DNA of 64,000 nucleotides, taken from assembly GCF_009914755.1 (NCBI RefSeq), contig NC_060938.1; one strand, given 5' to 3'. Position 1 is the stretch's first letter; every line of letters starts with the position of its first letter. Position numbers and translations under genes: made by a program. Positions 12,205 to 26,751 of this stretch are shown in pieces. The stretch comes from the human T2T-CHM13v2.0 reference genome, Homo sapiens. The notes below the pieces were generated by a model that was not told the origin of the DNA, made no database searches, and saw only the letters and a program-made list of their open reading frames with translations.

Positions 12205-13635
12205 GGGGTCAAATAAGATTAGGACTGAGAAGTGATCATTGGATTTGGCCAACTGGAAGTTGGATTTGCTGGTGACTTGGACAAATGTCGTTGCAGGAAA
12301 GGCGCTGGGGGAAACTATTTATAGTGGATATAAGAAAAATTGAAGAAGAGGAAGTGGACACAGCAACGATAGGCAACTCTTTCAAGTTGTCTATAAAGGA
12401 AAGCAGAAAAATAGGATACTGGCCAGGACAGGGAAGCAGAATCAAGGGACAGGTTTTATTTTTGTTGTTGTTGCTTTTTATTTTTTTAAGATGGGAGATA
12501 TTTTAGTTGTTTATATGCCAATGGCATTGCTTTAGTAAGGTGGAGACAAAATTAATGATGCCAGAAAGGACCAGGAAAAAACTGCAAGAATCGAGTCCTT
12601 TGGTGAGTGAAAGAAAATGAGAGCCGCTGCTCGAGTGAAGGGGCTGCCCTAAGACAGGGGCAGGAGTGTTCATTTACCACAAGGGAAGAGAAGGCAGAGC
12701 TTATGCAGACAGAAATGCAGATGCAGGTAAGTTGGTCATGGGAGAATATGGGCGTTCTCTTCTTGTTGCTGCCATTTTTATAGTGAAAGAAGCAGCGAGC
12801 TCACCAGCTGAGAATGAGGATGAGGAGAAAGGAGGTATCAGAGGTCTGAGAAGGGAAGGTGTGAAAATCATGAGAAGGTGACTCAGGAAATGTGGAAGGA
12901 AAGCTGGATAGCACTGAGGATCCACTTGAAGTTAATATCTGTGAATTTTAAATGAGACCAGCTTTCATGATGTGTGTTTATTTTGCACTGTAGTTGCTCC
13001 GGAATAGGTTTAGAGTTGGATCCGACCAGGATTGGGGATTTTATCAGCCAGTATGATGGAGAAAGAGGCAGGATTGCTGAGTTTAAAGGGAGTGGTTCCA
13101 TGATAGGCCACGGACTCCAGGCCTGGTAAAGCAGCACGTGAGGGCATGAGGGTTTTGAGGGCCGGAGAAAAGGCAGTAAGCTCCGTAGATGGAAGTCCTG
13201 CTAGAGTCAAAGAATCACTAGTGTCAGGTCACAGTGAGAGTGATCCTGAAAGCCAGGAAATGGACACCCAAGAATGAAAAGCTTAAAATCCCCTTTCCAA
13301 CCAACTGGGGTCTTCGGGCTTTTCTGCATATTCATCCACTTTCCTTGTACATTTCATTTTGGAATATGGGCTGAAACTTCACTCTACTGAGAGAGTCCCA
13401 GAGCTGTGGAACTCACTGATGCAGTGATAGGAATAAAACTACAATCGGCCTCTTGAACTGGCACAAAGAACTAGAAAGGAATCAAGCAGTCATTTATCTC
13501 AGCACTCTCACTTTACAGAGGGGGAAACTGAGGCCCGGGGGGAAATGACTCATCCGTGATCACTCAGCAAAGTTGAAAGTCAAAGCCAGACCTTCAGCCT
13601 CAGCATTCAGTACCCTCCATGTTACCCCACACTGA

Positions 13636-14291
<656 letters not shown>

Positions 14292-14659
14292 CAGCCCAGT
14301 TTCTTTAAGCTTACTGCATCAGAATGCCTCATCAGTAGTGATCACCATAGGGAGGGGAGGGGTCAACAGGGACAGTAGGATATTACTTTTATTTCACACA
14401 CTCCCACCCATCCATTCTCCTAACAGAGTTTCTCTAGTAGTGACCCTACATTTGGAAGGGAAGAAAAGCAACTTAGTGAGAAACCTAAACCTTAATAATG
14501 CTCCCAATTTGGGGGGATGGCAAAATGTTAGAAACATTCAAGACGGTGAAAAGTGCATCTAGCCAGGTGTCTTAAACCTGGGTTTAAGTCCTTTGTTCTG
14601 ACACTGTGTTATGGCTATGTTTTCTTTCTCCTTTCTTTTCTTTTTCTTTCTTTTCTTTT

Positions 14660-14820
14660 CTTTGAGGTTTAATTGGCTCACAGTTCTGCAGGCCGTTGTA
14701 GGAAGCCTGGCACCGGCATCTGCTCGGTTTTTGGGGAGGTTGCAGGGAGCTTTTACTCATGGCGGAAGGTGAAGTGGGAGCAGGCAAGTCACATGGCCAG
14801 AGAGAGAGCAGGAGAGAGAG
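14660..14820 (-). mobile_element. MST LTR fragment
   Basis: gaggtttaattggctcacagttctgcagg...atggcggaaggtgaagtgggagcagg. Confidence 0.8.
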
Positions 14821-15481
14821 AGCGATGTTTTCTGAGGCAATTCATATAATCACTCTGTCCCTTAAGTTTTTTATTTGCAAAATCAGAGTCATGGTTCAGT
14901 GGGTTTTTAAATGCCTCATATTTAATCTCTCCTTAAGGCTCAGTGGCATAAATTTGCAGAGGAGCCATTTTTCTAACTTGCTAATTCCTAGAAAAATCAT
15001 CAAGCCCCATCCTGGAGAGTCCTTCCTCTCATGAGTCTCCAGGGACCGCCAGAACTGGACCAAACTTGTTAAATAAAACACAGTGCCACTCTGGGCTCCA
15101 TGCTTTGGGAGGAATTTTCTAAACCTGTATCACAAGTGATTAAAGTGTATTAAATCAGTGGTTATAAAAGGGATTTCTGTTTTGGATAGATGGTTCTGCA
15201 AGATACTTCTGGGTCCTGCTAAACACTTAGATTTAAGAACTCTGTGTACTCCATGGTATACATTAAGTAAGGTCAGTCAAGTTCACAGCCTTTCCTTTCT
15301 TGGAAGTGCTCTTGGTACCTGGGGACCGGTCTCAAAAATGTTCATTCTATGAGGGTACGCTAGAAAAGGAAGAAGGTGAGCAGCAGAGGTGGCTAAATAG
15401 CTTCTTAAAATAGCTTCTGCAATCATGGTAGCTTAGGAACTATATATACACAGTTGTCAACCTCTTCCATTGGCACACTAA

Positions 15482-15809
15482 CTTTTTTTTTTTTTTTACT
15501 CCATTGATTTTTTTTTTTTAGTTCTTATTTTTTTAGAGATAGTGCCTCACTCTGTGGCCCAGGCTGGAGCACAGTGGCATGATCACAGCTCATTGCAGCC
15601 TCAGACTTCTGGCTCCAGCGATCCTTCTGTCTCAGCCTCTGGAGTAGCTGGGACTATAGGGTGCATGCCACCATGCCTGGCTAATTTTTTTTGTAGAGAC
15701 AGGTTGGTCTTTTTGCCCAGGCTGGTCTTGAACACCTGGCTACAAGGGATCCTCTCATCTCAGCCTCCCAAAGTGCTGGGATTGTAGGCGTGAGTCACCA
15801 CACCTAGCT
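15482..15809 (-). mobile_element. AluJ
   Basis: gatcacagctcattgcagcctcagacttctggctccagcgatcct J-type features; two arms. Confidence 0.9.
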
Positions 15810-16594
15810 GTGAATTTTAATGTATATAAATTATATCTTGATAAAACTGACTTTAAAAAATAATATCTGTAAGATAAACTCCTGGTCATCAAGTCAACTT
15901 TTCAAACAAGCTCCTTTCACCCAAATAAACAGCCATTCTGTAAAAAGGGCCCTTTTCTTGGTTCTCCTCCCCACAACCCAGGGTATTTCTCTATCAGCAT
16001 GGGCAATAGCTGTCTATGCCCTTGGTGAGCAAGTAAAAGGAAAGGTTGCTTGTCCCTTTATCTTTAATGTCTTACATTTTCCCTCTACTCCTTATTGTCA
16101 AAGGGATATTGGCATAGCAATTTATTTTAAGTACCTAGAGAAGTCATTTTAAAAACAGTATTGATTGAAAGACTAAAAAGTGGCTCTGTGCTATACATTA
16201 TCAGAGATGTATAATAGCCTTAAAAGATGGAAAATAAAGTTTGACACTTGAATAATGAGGAAAAATTAAAATAACTTCATTCTCTAAAGGAAATGGAGCA
16301 GGATGGTAAATCTTGCAGTGTAGATCATGAGAAATCTTCCCAAAAGGTCAGCATTTATGCAGGGCCCCACAGATGATTATGTATATTAGTTAATATTTCC
16401 TTCCCTGCATGATATCAGACACAAAAATGTAAGCACTCCAAGGTGGGAAAAAGCACTTGAAAAATGGTTGCAAAGATTAACTGGGTTGTCTATAGGTGCT
16501 AGGGTTGTAGAAGATTTCTGTTTTCTGAATCTCTATGCTTTTCAGTTTTCCGAAAATGGCTATGTATTTCTTTACAAAAGAAATACATAATTTT

Positions 16595-16705
16595 TTTTTT
16601 TTTTATTATACTCTAAGTTTTAGGGTACATGTGCACATTGTGCAGGTTAGTTACATATGTATACATGTGCCATGCTGGTGCGCTGCACCCACTAATGTGT
16701 CATCT
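16595..16705 (-). mobile_element. L1HS-Ta, extremely 5'-truncated (3'UTR end + polyA)
   Basis: Reverse complement reads agatgacACAttagtgggtgcagcgcaccagcatggcac...cttaGagtataat-polyA, with the Ta diagnostic ACA and G. TSD aatacataatttt at 16582-16594 and 16706-16718; endonuclease site TTTT/AA. Confidence 0.93.
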
Positions 16706-19700
16706 AATACATAATTTTAAAAAGTGAATTGGGAAATAATATTTTTTAAAAGTGAATTGGGAAACAAGTGTGTTACCAGCCCTCCTTGTACTAAGCTGAT
16801 AAAAGGAGACAGGTGCTCTGCTGAGTCTTTCCATATAAGATACAGGCCTGAAGGGGAGAAGGGAGCAGCCAATTATGGAAGCCTCAGGTGCTAGGCTTGC
16901 AAGTTTATTCTGTGGCCACAGGAAGCCTTAACGAACAACGAAAAGTGTCTTCCAGAATTAGTGAGGTAACGCACAGGCTCTCACATTCGTTCAGTGGCTG
17001 GTTTCTTTAGAAACTTATTGTAACATGTGCATGCACTTCTGGGTCACACACATTAAGCACGCAGTAAATCCTTGTTAATGAATTTTAAACCGCAATTTAG
17101 AATAGTCACCATCTCTTTAATAGGTTCTTCATGAAAGTTAGAAATTCCAAAAAAGGATTCACCAACCCTCCCTCAAAAAATTTCCCCCGCTTAGGATTGC
17201 TCATGAAGTTCTTGCTTAATAGAGTCACAGTTGGTTGTATCCAGAGATTTTTCCCTTTGCCATTCTTATTTCATGATTCTTTCTTCATGTTCTTTGTTAT
17301 GAGGAATGGAGATTATGCATGTAATGTTTTAGGTCACAGTGTTTAGTAGTTGCTCAATAAACAGTGGTGGTCATTGTTTTCTGTTCATTCCCACTCCTTG
17401 TATAGCACTCCATAATTAACAATGTGCTGTCACAAACATTAGGCATGCATGTACAATCCAATAGTTGTTATCCCCACTTTAAGGCTGAGCAACTGAGGCC
17501 CAAAAAGATGAAATCATTTTCTCACTGTAAAACAGCTGGGAGTTTCAGAGCAGACTAGAATCCAGCTCTTCTGTCTCCTGGCACATGTTTTCTCACTATT
17601 ATACCTAGTGTCATTTGTACCACTAGAAATATCCCCAGATAACACAGTGATGGCAAACAGTGAATTTCACACAAGGGGGTGGAAGAGGTCCAGTTCCTAT
17701 TTGGGGAACTCAGCATCCTTTGTTCACCAAAGGATTTCTCATGTTATGATTTTGGAAGCCTAAGAGACCATCTAAGCAATGGCAAGGAAGCTCCACCAGG
17801 GTAGTCTCCCTGAACTACAGGGGTTGCCTGAGGTTTGAGAGACACTGAGGATTTAGGATGGAAGCAGTGTGAGTGGTTCGTTTTAATAAAGAAATTAATT
17901 AACCAATAGATAATTTCCTGCAAGGAGGCAGAAGGCTGCTGCCTTTCAGATCCCCCTTGCCTGCTGTTGCAGAGTATTAGGCATCCATAGGTTAAGAGAG
18001 CTATTTTTATGGAAACTAGTTCATTATTTCTCTTTTGTTGGAACCCTACTGGTTCATGGTCTGGGCTTCTGTATTAAAAAAAAAATCCAACATCCACAGT
18101 TCAAAGTATTAATCTTTTTTCCGTGGAGTGAACAAAGCCCACCTAGCGTCTAAGAATGCCAGCTCCCATTTATAGATACAAGCTGTTTCCTTATCCAAGT
18201 CTCAGATAAAAACTAAAAGCTTACATGTCATTTTAAAGTTGCAACATGGCCTATTCGTTTCATTTTACAAAATTTGTGAAATCCATGACTTTGAAGTCAT
18301 TTTTCGAGGACTCTGTTTTTTGTCAGGGTTGTTAGAAACAGCTAACCAATGACCCTCTTTCCCAGAGGAAGGCTGCATCTTGTAAAGTTAATGTTTTCAA
18401 AACCAGCAGTTTACTGGAAAGCAGAGAGCTGTCATTTCAAATGATGGCTTCTGGCACCTGCGTGAGACAGGGAAGCCATGTTGCGTCTTACTCTCCACCC
18501 ACACAGCATAGACGGCTCCCATGCTGATTTGAGGGAAGAAATACGTTGTTTTGTCTCTCTCCCACTTGGTAAGTGGCAACTTCCCAGTGAAACCGCATGG
18601 AAATAGTCCAGAGTGGATTTTAGGTTGCTCTGTCAATATGTTGCTCCCTTGGGTTATTTTCTTCCTTCTTGACCCCCACAGCAAGTTTGGTTGTTGGGGT
18701 TTCCACACTGGTCCTCATTTGCATTTGCTCTCCCTGTGCCATACAGGTCATAAAATTGCTGTTATGTATGTGAAAACGGCCAAATATACCATAGACCCCA
18801 GATTAGGATCAGTCTGGTGCCTCTGAAAATGTGAATTGAGAAGAACTGAAAGAAAATCTTTCCCTGGGGAGACTGCAGCCGAAACACCCTTCTGACGAAT
18901 GTGCTGACCTAATCTAAGCCTCAATTTCCTTCAACAAGGGATGCATCGCTCACTTCCCTTGAGTTGTGAGAATGAAACAAGATAATGCGTTAAAGCCCTT
19001 GGCCCAGTTCCTGGCATGTGGCGAGCTCTTGGTCCATAAGCAAATCTTCGTATTAGTGTGAGTTCCTGGTCCTCCATGAAAGAACAAAGCTTTTGGCCTG
19101 TAAAATCTAATCTCTGGAAATGAGAAGCACTAAAAAGAAGAGGAGTGGGGACGGAGTGGGGAGGCACTTGGAAGGCTCCTGTTTTGTTTTGTTTTGTTGA
19201 CAAATTCATTCTTCATCTTAGCCAGCGCCATGGAGTGAGTCCAGCTCTCTGTGTCTGGCCCCGCTGTGAACCCCCTGAGGCTATCCACAGTTGGATATCT
19301 TCCTGTTCCTTCCCTGCCCTACCCTCTTCAAATGCAAACTTGGGGGGGCTCAAGATTATTCCATACCCTTTATCTCCAAGCTAGTCCATGCCTGTTGGTA
19401 TAGACATCTACCCTACACACACCTGCCCGCACCCTCTCTATTCTCATCTCCTTTTTTGTTCTTCATCTCAAACCTCCACACTGCTGCTCAAAAATGAACA
19501 AAGGTGAATGAGGAAACCAGGGCATCATGACACCTAAAAGATCTTTGTGACTTCCCAGTTGTTGAAAGACATGATTGGGAAAGAGTGGCTGAGTGTGCAA
19601 GGTGGATTCCAACCCAGATCCTCCGGGGCTTGTAAGAGTTGAGAGAAAAGCAGTAAGTGTCCCAATAAATCTTTATTGATTTAAAATCTGCTTAGTGACT

Positions 19701-21535
19701 GAGAAGCCAAAAGAAATTAGTGTTTGCTGATTAGTAGAGATTGAAATGTGCTATTTTAGTATTTTCAGGTCAAAGTGATGAACTGGCAATAGAAAAAGGT
19801 GCCTGACAAACAACGACCCTGAAACCTGGCAGGCCGATATTTTGCAATTATTACTTGATTCACAATTCACATTGCAGCCACTATTGATAAGTTCACTAGA
19901 GTTCTGTTTGTGAAAGCCCTTTAGAGGAATGGATATTAACAGTATTTTAGTATATATTATCTAATATTAGTATATATACCAATCTAATTAATGTATATAA
20001 ATATCAATTTTATGTTGTGTGTATATATACATCATTTAGTAGTATATAATATAGCATATGTTAGTATATATAATATCAATTTGATGATGGATTACTTACT
20101 TGCTGCAGAATAAATTAGAGTAAGGATCAAAAAAAGTGAGTGGCAAAAATGACCAAACTAAACATGGGTTATGGTATGAGCAATTAACAAAGACATTTAT
20201 CCAGATGACTAATTGCAAAAGCTCTGACAAATTCTAAATTGGAACATCGTGAAATTAGTCTGCTAATTCAAAAGCAACTTATAAACAATCACCAAAGATG
20301 TGGCTGACTGACAAACAAGAATAATAAAAATATTAAGTGACTGAGAGACTATAAACCTCCAATTTGTATTCTAGACAGAAAAATTGTTTTATTGCCAATG
20401 TAATCCTAACTTGTAAATACACAAAACAAAATCTCTCAGCACCTACTGCAAATACCAAAACACAGTCCTGAGAAACATACAGTTGTAATTGAAATTACAG
20501 GCCTTAGGGAAGTCTGTCTGGATGCCACCCTTGAAAAACACCATTGAAGTATGAAAAGGATGGAATCCTCCACAATTAACCTACACACTCTCCACCCATT
20601 AACAAACCATTTATTTATCTTTGTGCCACAGAAATAAGGGGTTGTGTGTTTATTACTAAGCCTAAATGACAAGAAAATGTATGGTTTCTTAACAGAAAAG
20701 TTCCTTCTGAAAGAAATTAAAGTGCTGAATGTGTTTTTAGAAAATGAAATCTCCTCTAATGGTTATTGTTCCATAACAGGCCTATTTTTCATGTTTCTTG
20801 TTGGTTGGGTGGGACGGGGACTATAATCCTCTCATCAGTTGAAAAGAATAAAATTTCTTCTGTATTATTCTTCAGTCTGGAATTCAGGTGGGATAATTAG
20901 GGCATTCTTTCAGAATTCTATCAATCTCTTATACACAATTCCTATAATTGTTCCAGGGATTTTTGCTATTTGTATCTTTTTTGCTTACTGGCAAATATAA
21001 CCCGGAATAATCTCATTCTGTCAGTAGACTGCATAAAAGAGACTCTGCTCTGTTTTAGATAAGCCGGGACCAGATATCGATAAAGCATATTGCTGAGAAT
21101 TATGAATGCTTAACACTTATTCATCATCAGTGAGAAAATAATAGGGATTATAAGACATAAGAATATAAAAACCCAGTTAGTTGAAAGTTTGCACATGGAG
21201 TGCTTTCTTTGAGCAGATTTTTCATGATGGCTTTGTGGCTATTTTTTTAGGTATCCTTTCATTTTTCTCACTGGGGGTACTATGGGCCTTTGAGCAGCAC
21301 AATTCATTGTTGACTGGCCTACTACAAGGCGTTAGAGTCTCCACTTCTGCACACTAACTGCCAGTAGCACCCCCAGTTATTGTCATAGCCCTAACCAACC
21401 CCACACATTTCCAAAAGCCTCATAAGAGGCAGTACCTTCCTGGTTGGTTACCACTGCCAGTGAGTCCAGTATGGGACCTTGAGAAAAGATTGAGTCCCAT
21501 TAGAATTTCTGATTATTAGAATTTTATTTATTTTT

Positions 21536-21537
21536 TC

Positions 21538-21609
<72 letters not shown>

Positions 21610-21740
21610 TTTTTTTTTTTTTTTAGAGACAGGGACTCACTGTGTTGCCCAGGCTGGATTCAAACTCCTGGACTCAAACAATCCTCCCTTCTCAGCGCCC
21701 CCAAGTAGCTGGGATACAGGCATGTGCCACCAGACCCGGT
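21536..21740 (-). mobile_element. FLAM-type monomeric Alu whose tail expanded into a (CTTT)n microsatellite
   Basis: About 17 CTTT units at 21536-21610, then a single arm; TSD gattattagaa on both sides. Confidence 0.88.
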
Positions 21741-22649
21741 TAGATTATTAGAAGTTTTAAAAGACATTTTGGCTATAGAATTCTTAAAGAATCAACCTTT
21801 GGTGTGAAAATTTTCCCATTCAAATTTAAAGAAGTGTAACCACATGTATTCCATGCTATACCATGGTTGCCATGTGACCCAGTACTTGGCAGGTGCTGGC
21901 AACTACTGGGCTCACAACAGCTTGTTGTACCAAAGAATGTCACTCTAGCACTATCCAACCTTTGATCATCACCCCAGCTGATTTCCAGAAATGTTCTGAG
22001 ATGCCAGAAGTGATTTCAGGAATCGATTTTCCCCAAGAGAACCTACCCTGACTCCATTTACCTCTGCCCCATCAACTCCTAGAAAAAGTGAAGTCTACTG
22101 CTGGGCATGCCTCTGGGGTGGTCCTCTGGCAGCCCCAAAGCCAGTGTGGGCCCTACAAAGGTAAATTCCAGGGCATCACAAGTCACAGTGCATCACCAAA
22201 GACTAGGCCGATGGGGTGAGGGGGAGTAGTGTGTAGAAATGAATCACCCTCTTTTTAACCAAAAGGTTTTTTGTTGTTGTTGTCATTTGTCTTTAAGAGG
22301 TATGTATGTTTTGAAGCTTTGTCTACATGATTTTCTCAGCATATTTGTTTTAAAGCCATTTCAGTGGTTAATGAATTCAAACCTTTATTCTCTCTTAAAA
22401 AAACTTCCGCACAATTTGGGTTACATGTAAAATGAAAAAGGGACACTAGCAAAGAATATATGATGTGTGTCTGTGCTTCCCTGTTGAAACTGCCTAAGCA
22501 TCTAATGGGACTCTGTCAACCCTTTTTATTGACCCCATTATGTTCACAAGGTGCAACATCCTTTCCTCAAGAAGACTTCTTTTTGTATGCAGTTACTTTA
22601 AAACTCATGTGAAGGTAGAAGACAAAAGCATTCTTCTCCAGTAAGAATC

Positions 22650-24128
22650 AGTGAATGTAGTATGTTTATTCACTAACAATGAATAATCTGAAAAGGAAAT
22701 TAAGAAAAAATTCCATTAACAGTAGCATCAAAAAGAATAAAATAGTTAAGAACTAACCAGGAAGGTAAAAGACTTATTCAACAAAAATTTTTAAAAAATT
22801 ACTGAAAGAACACATAAATAAATGGAAAAAGACATCTCATGTTCATGGATTAGAAGACAATAGTGTTAAAATGTCAATGCTAGCCAAAGCAATGGACAAA
22901 TTCACTGCAATCCATTTCAAAATCCCAATAATATTTTTGTAAGAATAGAAAAATCTGTCTTAAAATTCATATAGATTCTCAAAGAACCCCAAATAGCCAA
23001 AGCATTCTTGAAACAGAACAAGTTGGAAGACTCAACACTTTCTGATTTCACAATTTACTACAAAGCCATGGTAGTCAAAACTGTAGCACTGGCATAAAGA
23101 CAGACAATCCATATATAGAGACCAATGGAATAGCATAAAGAGCACAGAAATAAACCCTTACATATATGGTCAAATGATTTTTGAGAAGGGTGCCAAGACA
23201 ATTTGTCTGACTCAATTTGGGCTGCTATCAAAAAAAAAATGCAATTGACAAGGTGGCTTAAAGAATAAGCATTTCTCTCTCACAGTTCTAAAGGCTAAAT
23301 GTGCAAGATCAAGATGTCAGCATGATAAGGTCCTGGTGAGGGTTCTCTTCCTAATTTGGAAACGGCTGTTTTTTTGCTGTTTACTCACATGGCTGAGAGG
23401 AAGAAATCATTTCTCTTTTTATAAGAGTACTAATATAATTTATGCAGACTCCACCTTCATGACCTAATTACTTCCCAAGGGCTCCACCTCCAAATACCAT
23501 TATATTGAGGGTTAAGCTTTCACATGTGAATGTGGGAAAGGACACAAACATCCAGGCCATAATTCAGTGGATAAAGGCCAACCTTTTCAACAAATCATGA
23601 TGGAAAAACTGGATATCCACAGGCAAAAGAATGAAGTTGGCCGTAACACTGTGAACAAAAATGAACTTAAAATGGATCAAACGCCTAAACATAAGAGCTA
23701 AAAACTATAAAACTCTTAAAAGAAAACATAGGGCAAAAGCTTCATGACATTGAATTTGTATATAACACCAGAGACATGGGTAACAAAAGCAAAAATAGAC
23801 AAATTGGACTCCATAAAATGTAAAACTTTTGTGCTTCAAAGGACAGTTCAACGGAGTGAAAAGACAGTCCACAGAATAAGAGTAAATATTTGTAAACCAC
23901 TTATATGATACAGAATTAATATCCTAAATATGAGACACTTAAAACTCAACAACAATAACAACAAAAACCAATGCAAAAATGGGCAACAGAGTTGAATAGG
24001 TATCTCCGCAAAGAAATATGAATGGCCAATAAACACATGAAAAGATGCTCAATTCATTAATCATTAGGGAAATGCAAATAAAAACCAAAGTGAGATACTA
24101 TCTCACACCCATTAGGATGGCTACTATG

Positions 24129-24159
<31 letters not shown>

Positions 24160-24735
24160 CGGAAAATAACAAGTGTTACCATATGATCCAGCAATTTAAC
24201 TTCTGGGTATAACCCCCCAAAATTGGAAGCAGGGTCTTTAAAAGATGTTTGGACTACCTTATTCACAGTAGTCATAGTAGCTAAAACATGGAACCAACCA
24301 AAGTGTTCATCAAGAGGTGAATGGATAAAGAAAATGTGGTATATACATACAATGGAATATTATTCAGCCTTAAAAAGGAAGGACATTCTGATAGGCTCAA
24401 GTGTGGATGAACCTTAGAGACATTATGCTAAGTGAAATAAGCCAGTCACAAAAAGATGAATACTATATGATTCCACTTCTATGAGATACCTAAAGTAGTC
24501 AAATTTATAGAGACAGAAAGTAGAATGGTGGCTGCCAGGGGTTGAGGGGAGAATTGGAAGTTATTGTTTGATGGGTATAGAGTTTCAGTTTTGCAAGGTA
24601 AAAAGAGTTCTGGAGATGGATGGTGGTGATGATTGCACAACAGTATACGTGTATTTAATACCACTGAACTATATGCTTAAAAATGGTTAAGATAGTAATT
24701 TTATATTGTGCATTTTATCACAATTTTTTAAAAAA
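22650..24735 (+). mobile_element. L1MB-like ORF2/3'UTR remnant
   Basis: Degenerate ORF2 motifs (gttcatggattagaagac, ttactacaaagc, gagatactatctcacacccattaggatggctac) and a 3' A-rich end. Confidence 0.9.
23204..23561 (-). mobile_element. MaLR LTR (MSTD/MLT1A-like) inserted in L1
   Basis: ctcacagttctaaaggcta...ccttcatgacctaattacttcccaagggctccacctccaaataccat. Confidence 0.8.
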
Positions 24736-26225
24736 GAAAAATGAATCAGTGTAGAGGTCTTCTTTTAGCATAAATGGAGGGGTGTGTGCATGTATGTGTA
24801 TGTGTATGTGTGTGTGTGTGTGATGCAGGGTCCAAATACCTCAAGCTTAGAAGACAAACTCTTATTTGCACAGGTAAACATCGGAATGGGTTTTCTCCTC
24901 TTCCTCTCACGTTGCGTTGTTTGTTTGTTTGTTTGTTTAAGATTCTTTGTTTTGTTTGCAATAGTTGGCTTTATAAGGTTTGAACAAATTCAGATAAACC
25001 AGGAATAGAGGTACATCACTTGGCGTTTCAGGAAACAGCTAGAAAGCATGGATGCACATGTGTTGTCTTTTTTAACATATACAAAGCCAATACTTGTTCT
25101 AGAACAGCATGCATTTAACGTCTTGGGGTGTAATGTTTCGTTTGCTTGACCCTCAAATTCTGCAGAAGTCACAACATGAGCAAAAAGTCTACAAGGAAAT
25201 GAGCTTCAGAAAATTATGATCCAGCAACATAGTATTCAAAATTGGAATTTTGTGATTCACGGTAGAGGTGGGGAAGATTGTCTATTGTGGACCACGGTCA
25301 TGGATTGAAAAATAGATGTGGGCAAATCAAAAGCAACTAACAACTAATATTCAGATGTTGTCTGATGTATGAAGAAAGTGGAAGAAAGAGAATATCTTAA
25401 GAACATAGGAGGTAATTCAGCAAATTCCAATGAATATATAGATGTACATTCTACATTGCGGTCAGTTTAAAAGAGAAAGAAAAAGGAAGAGACTGATCAC
25501 AAAGAATAAAAAACCATTGGGTGGAAAGGAATGAAGCATCAAAATGTGTACAGTTTCAGAGACGGGTGTAAATGGCTTAATTCACAATCTCACGCTGCTC
25601 CAGCTCCACCCCAGTGTTTCCAGTTGCGGTCATCTTCCTCTCTCCTCCTCACCAACACTAGATGCCATTGTGTCTCCTCCAGCCCTACTCCCTCACCAGT
25701 TGATTCGACTCTCTGGTGTCCTTCTTTTGCTCCTATTTTAGCTTCTGGCCTGTGGAGATCCCCCACTACGTGACTCTAAACCCAAAATGGATCCAGTATC
25801 CATTTTACATGAATCTCACCCTTCACCCAAATGCCACTGTCACCTCTTAGGAAAATAAACACTTCTTTGGAATGCTGGCCTAGTACTTTACAATTCTTTC
25901 AGTCTTCAGGAGGGGATTTTTTCATTGCTTTTACGAGAAATCAGCTGGATGTGAAAAAAAAGGGAAAAATGCACTAATTGATTCTAAAAGTGGTGCTCGA
26001 CTCTGCCTGGTTCATACAGTTAAACAAGAACATTCAGGGTGTAGCTGCCTAAAACTAGGAGCACAAAACAAAGCCTAGGTTTACTTTTTCTCTTAAGTCC
26101 ATTGAGGTTTCAAATGTGTTTTCCCCTCCTGCATTTCTAGACTACTGCCCCATGCCTCTTCTTTCCCCATCTCAATTTCCCACCTCCCTACTTCCCTTCC
26201 CTGCCTATACAGAGGACTTCTTCCA

Positions 26226-26751
26226 TGATAGGCAGAATAACAACCCCCCAAAGATGTTCATGTCCCAATTCCCAGAACCTAGAAATACATTATGTCACAT
26301 GGCAGAGAAGAATTAAAGTTGCAGATGGAATTAAGGTTGTTAATCAGCTGACTTAAAAATAGATTATCCTGGATTATCTGTGTGGGCGCAATGTAGTTAC
26401 AAGGGTCCTTAAAAGTGGAAGGGGTGGGCAGAAGTCAGTCAGAGGAAGATGTGACTTCAGAGGAGGTCAGAGTGATGTGACATGAGAAGGGCTCCACTCA
26501 CCTTTGCCAGCTTTAAAGATGGAGGAAAGGGCCAAGAGCCAAGAAAAGTTGACAGCCTCCAGAAGCTAGAAAATGAAAGAAAGTGAACTCTCAGAGCCTC
26601 AAAAAGGAACACAGCCCTGCTTGTACCTTGACTTTAGCCCAGTGAGACCCATTTGAGACTAATGCTCTCCAGAATTATAAGATAATAAATTTCTATTGTT
26701 TAAGCCCCTAAACTTGTAGTAATATATTACAGCAGCAATAGAACAAATATA
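26226..26751 (+). mobile_element. MLT1D-like solo LTR
   Basis: tgataggcagaataac...agattatcctggattatc...acagcagcaatagaacaaata. Confidence 0.85.
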
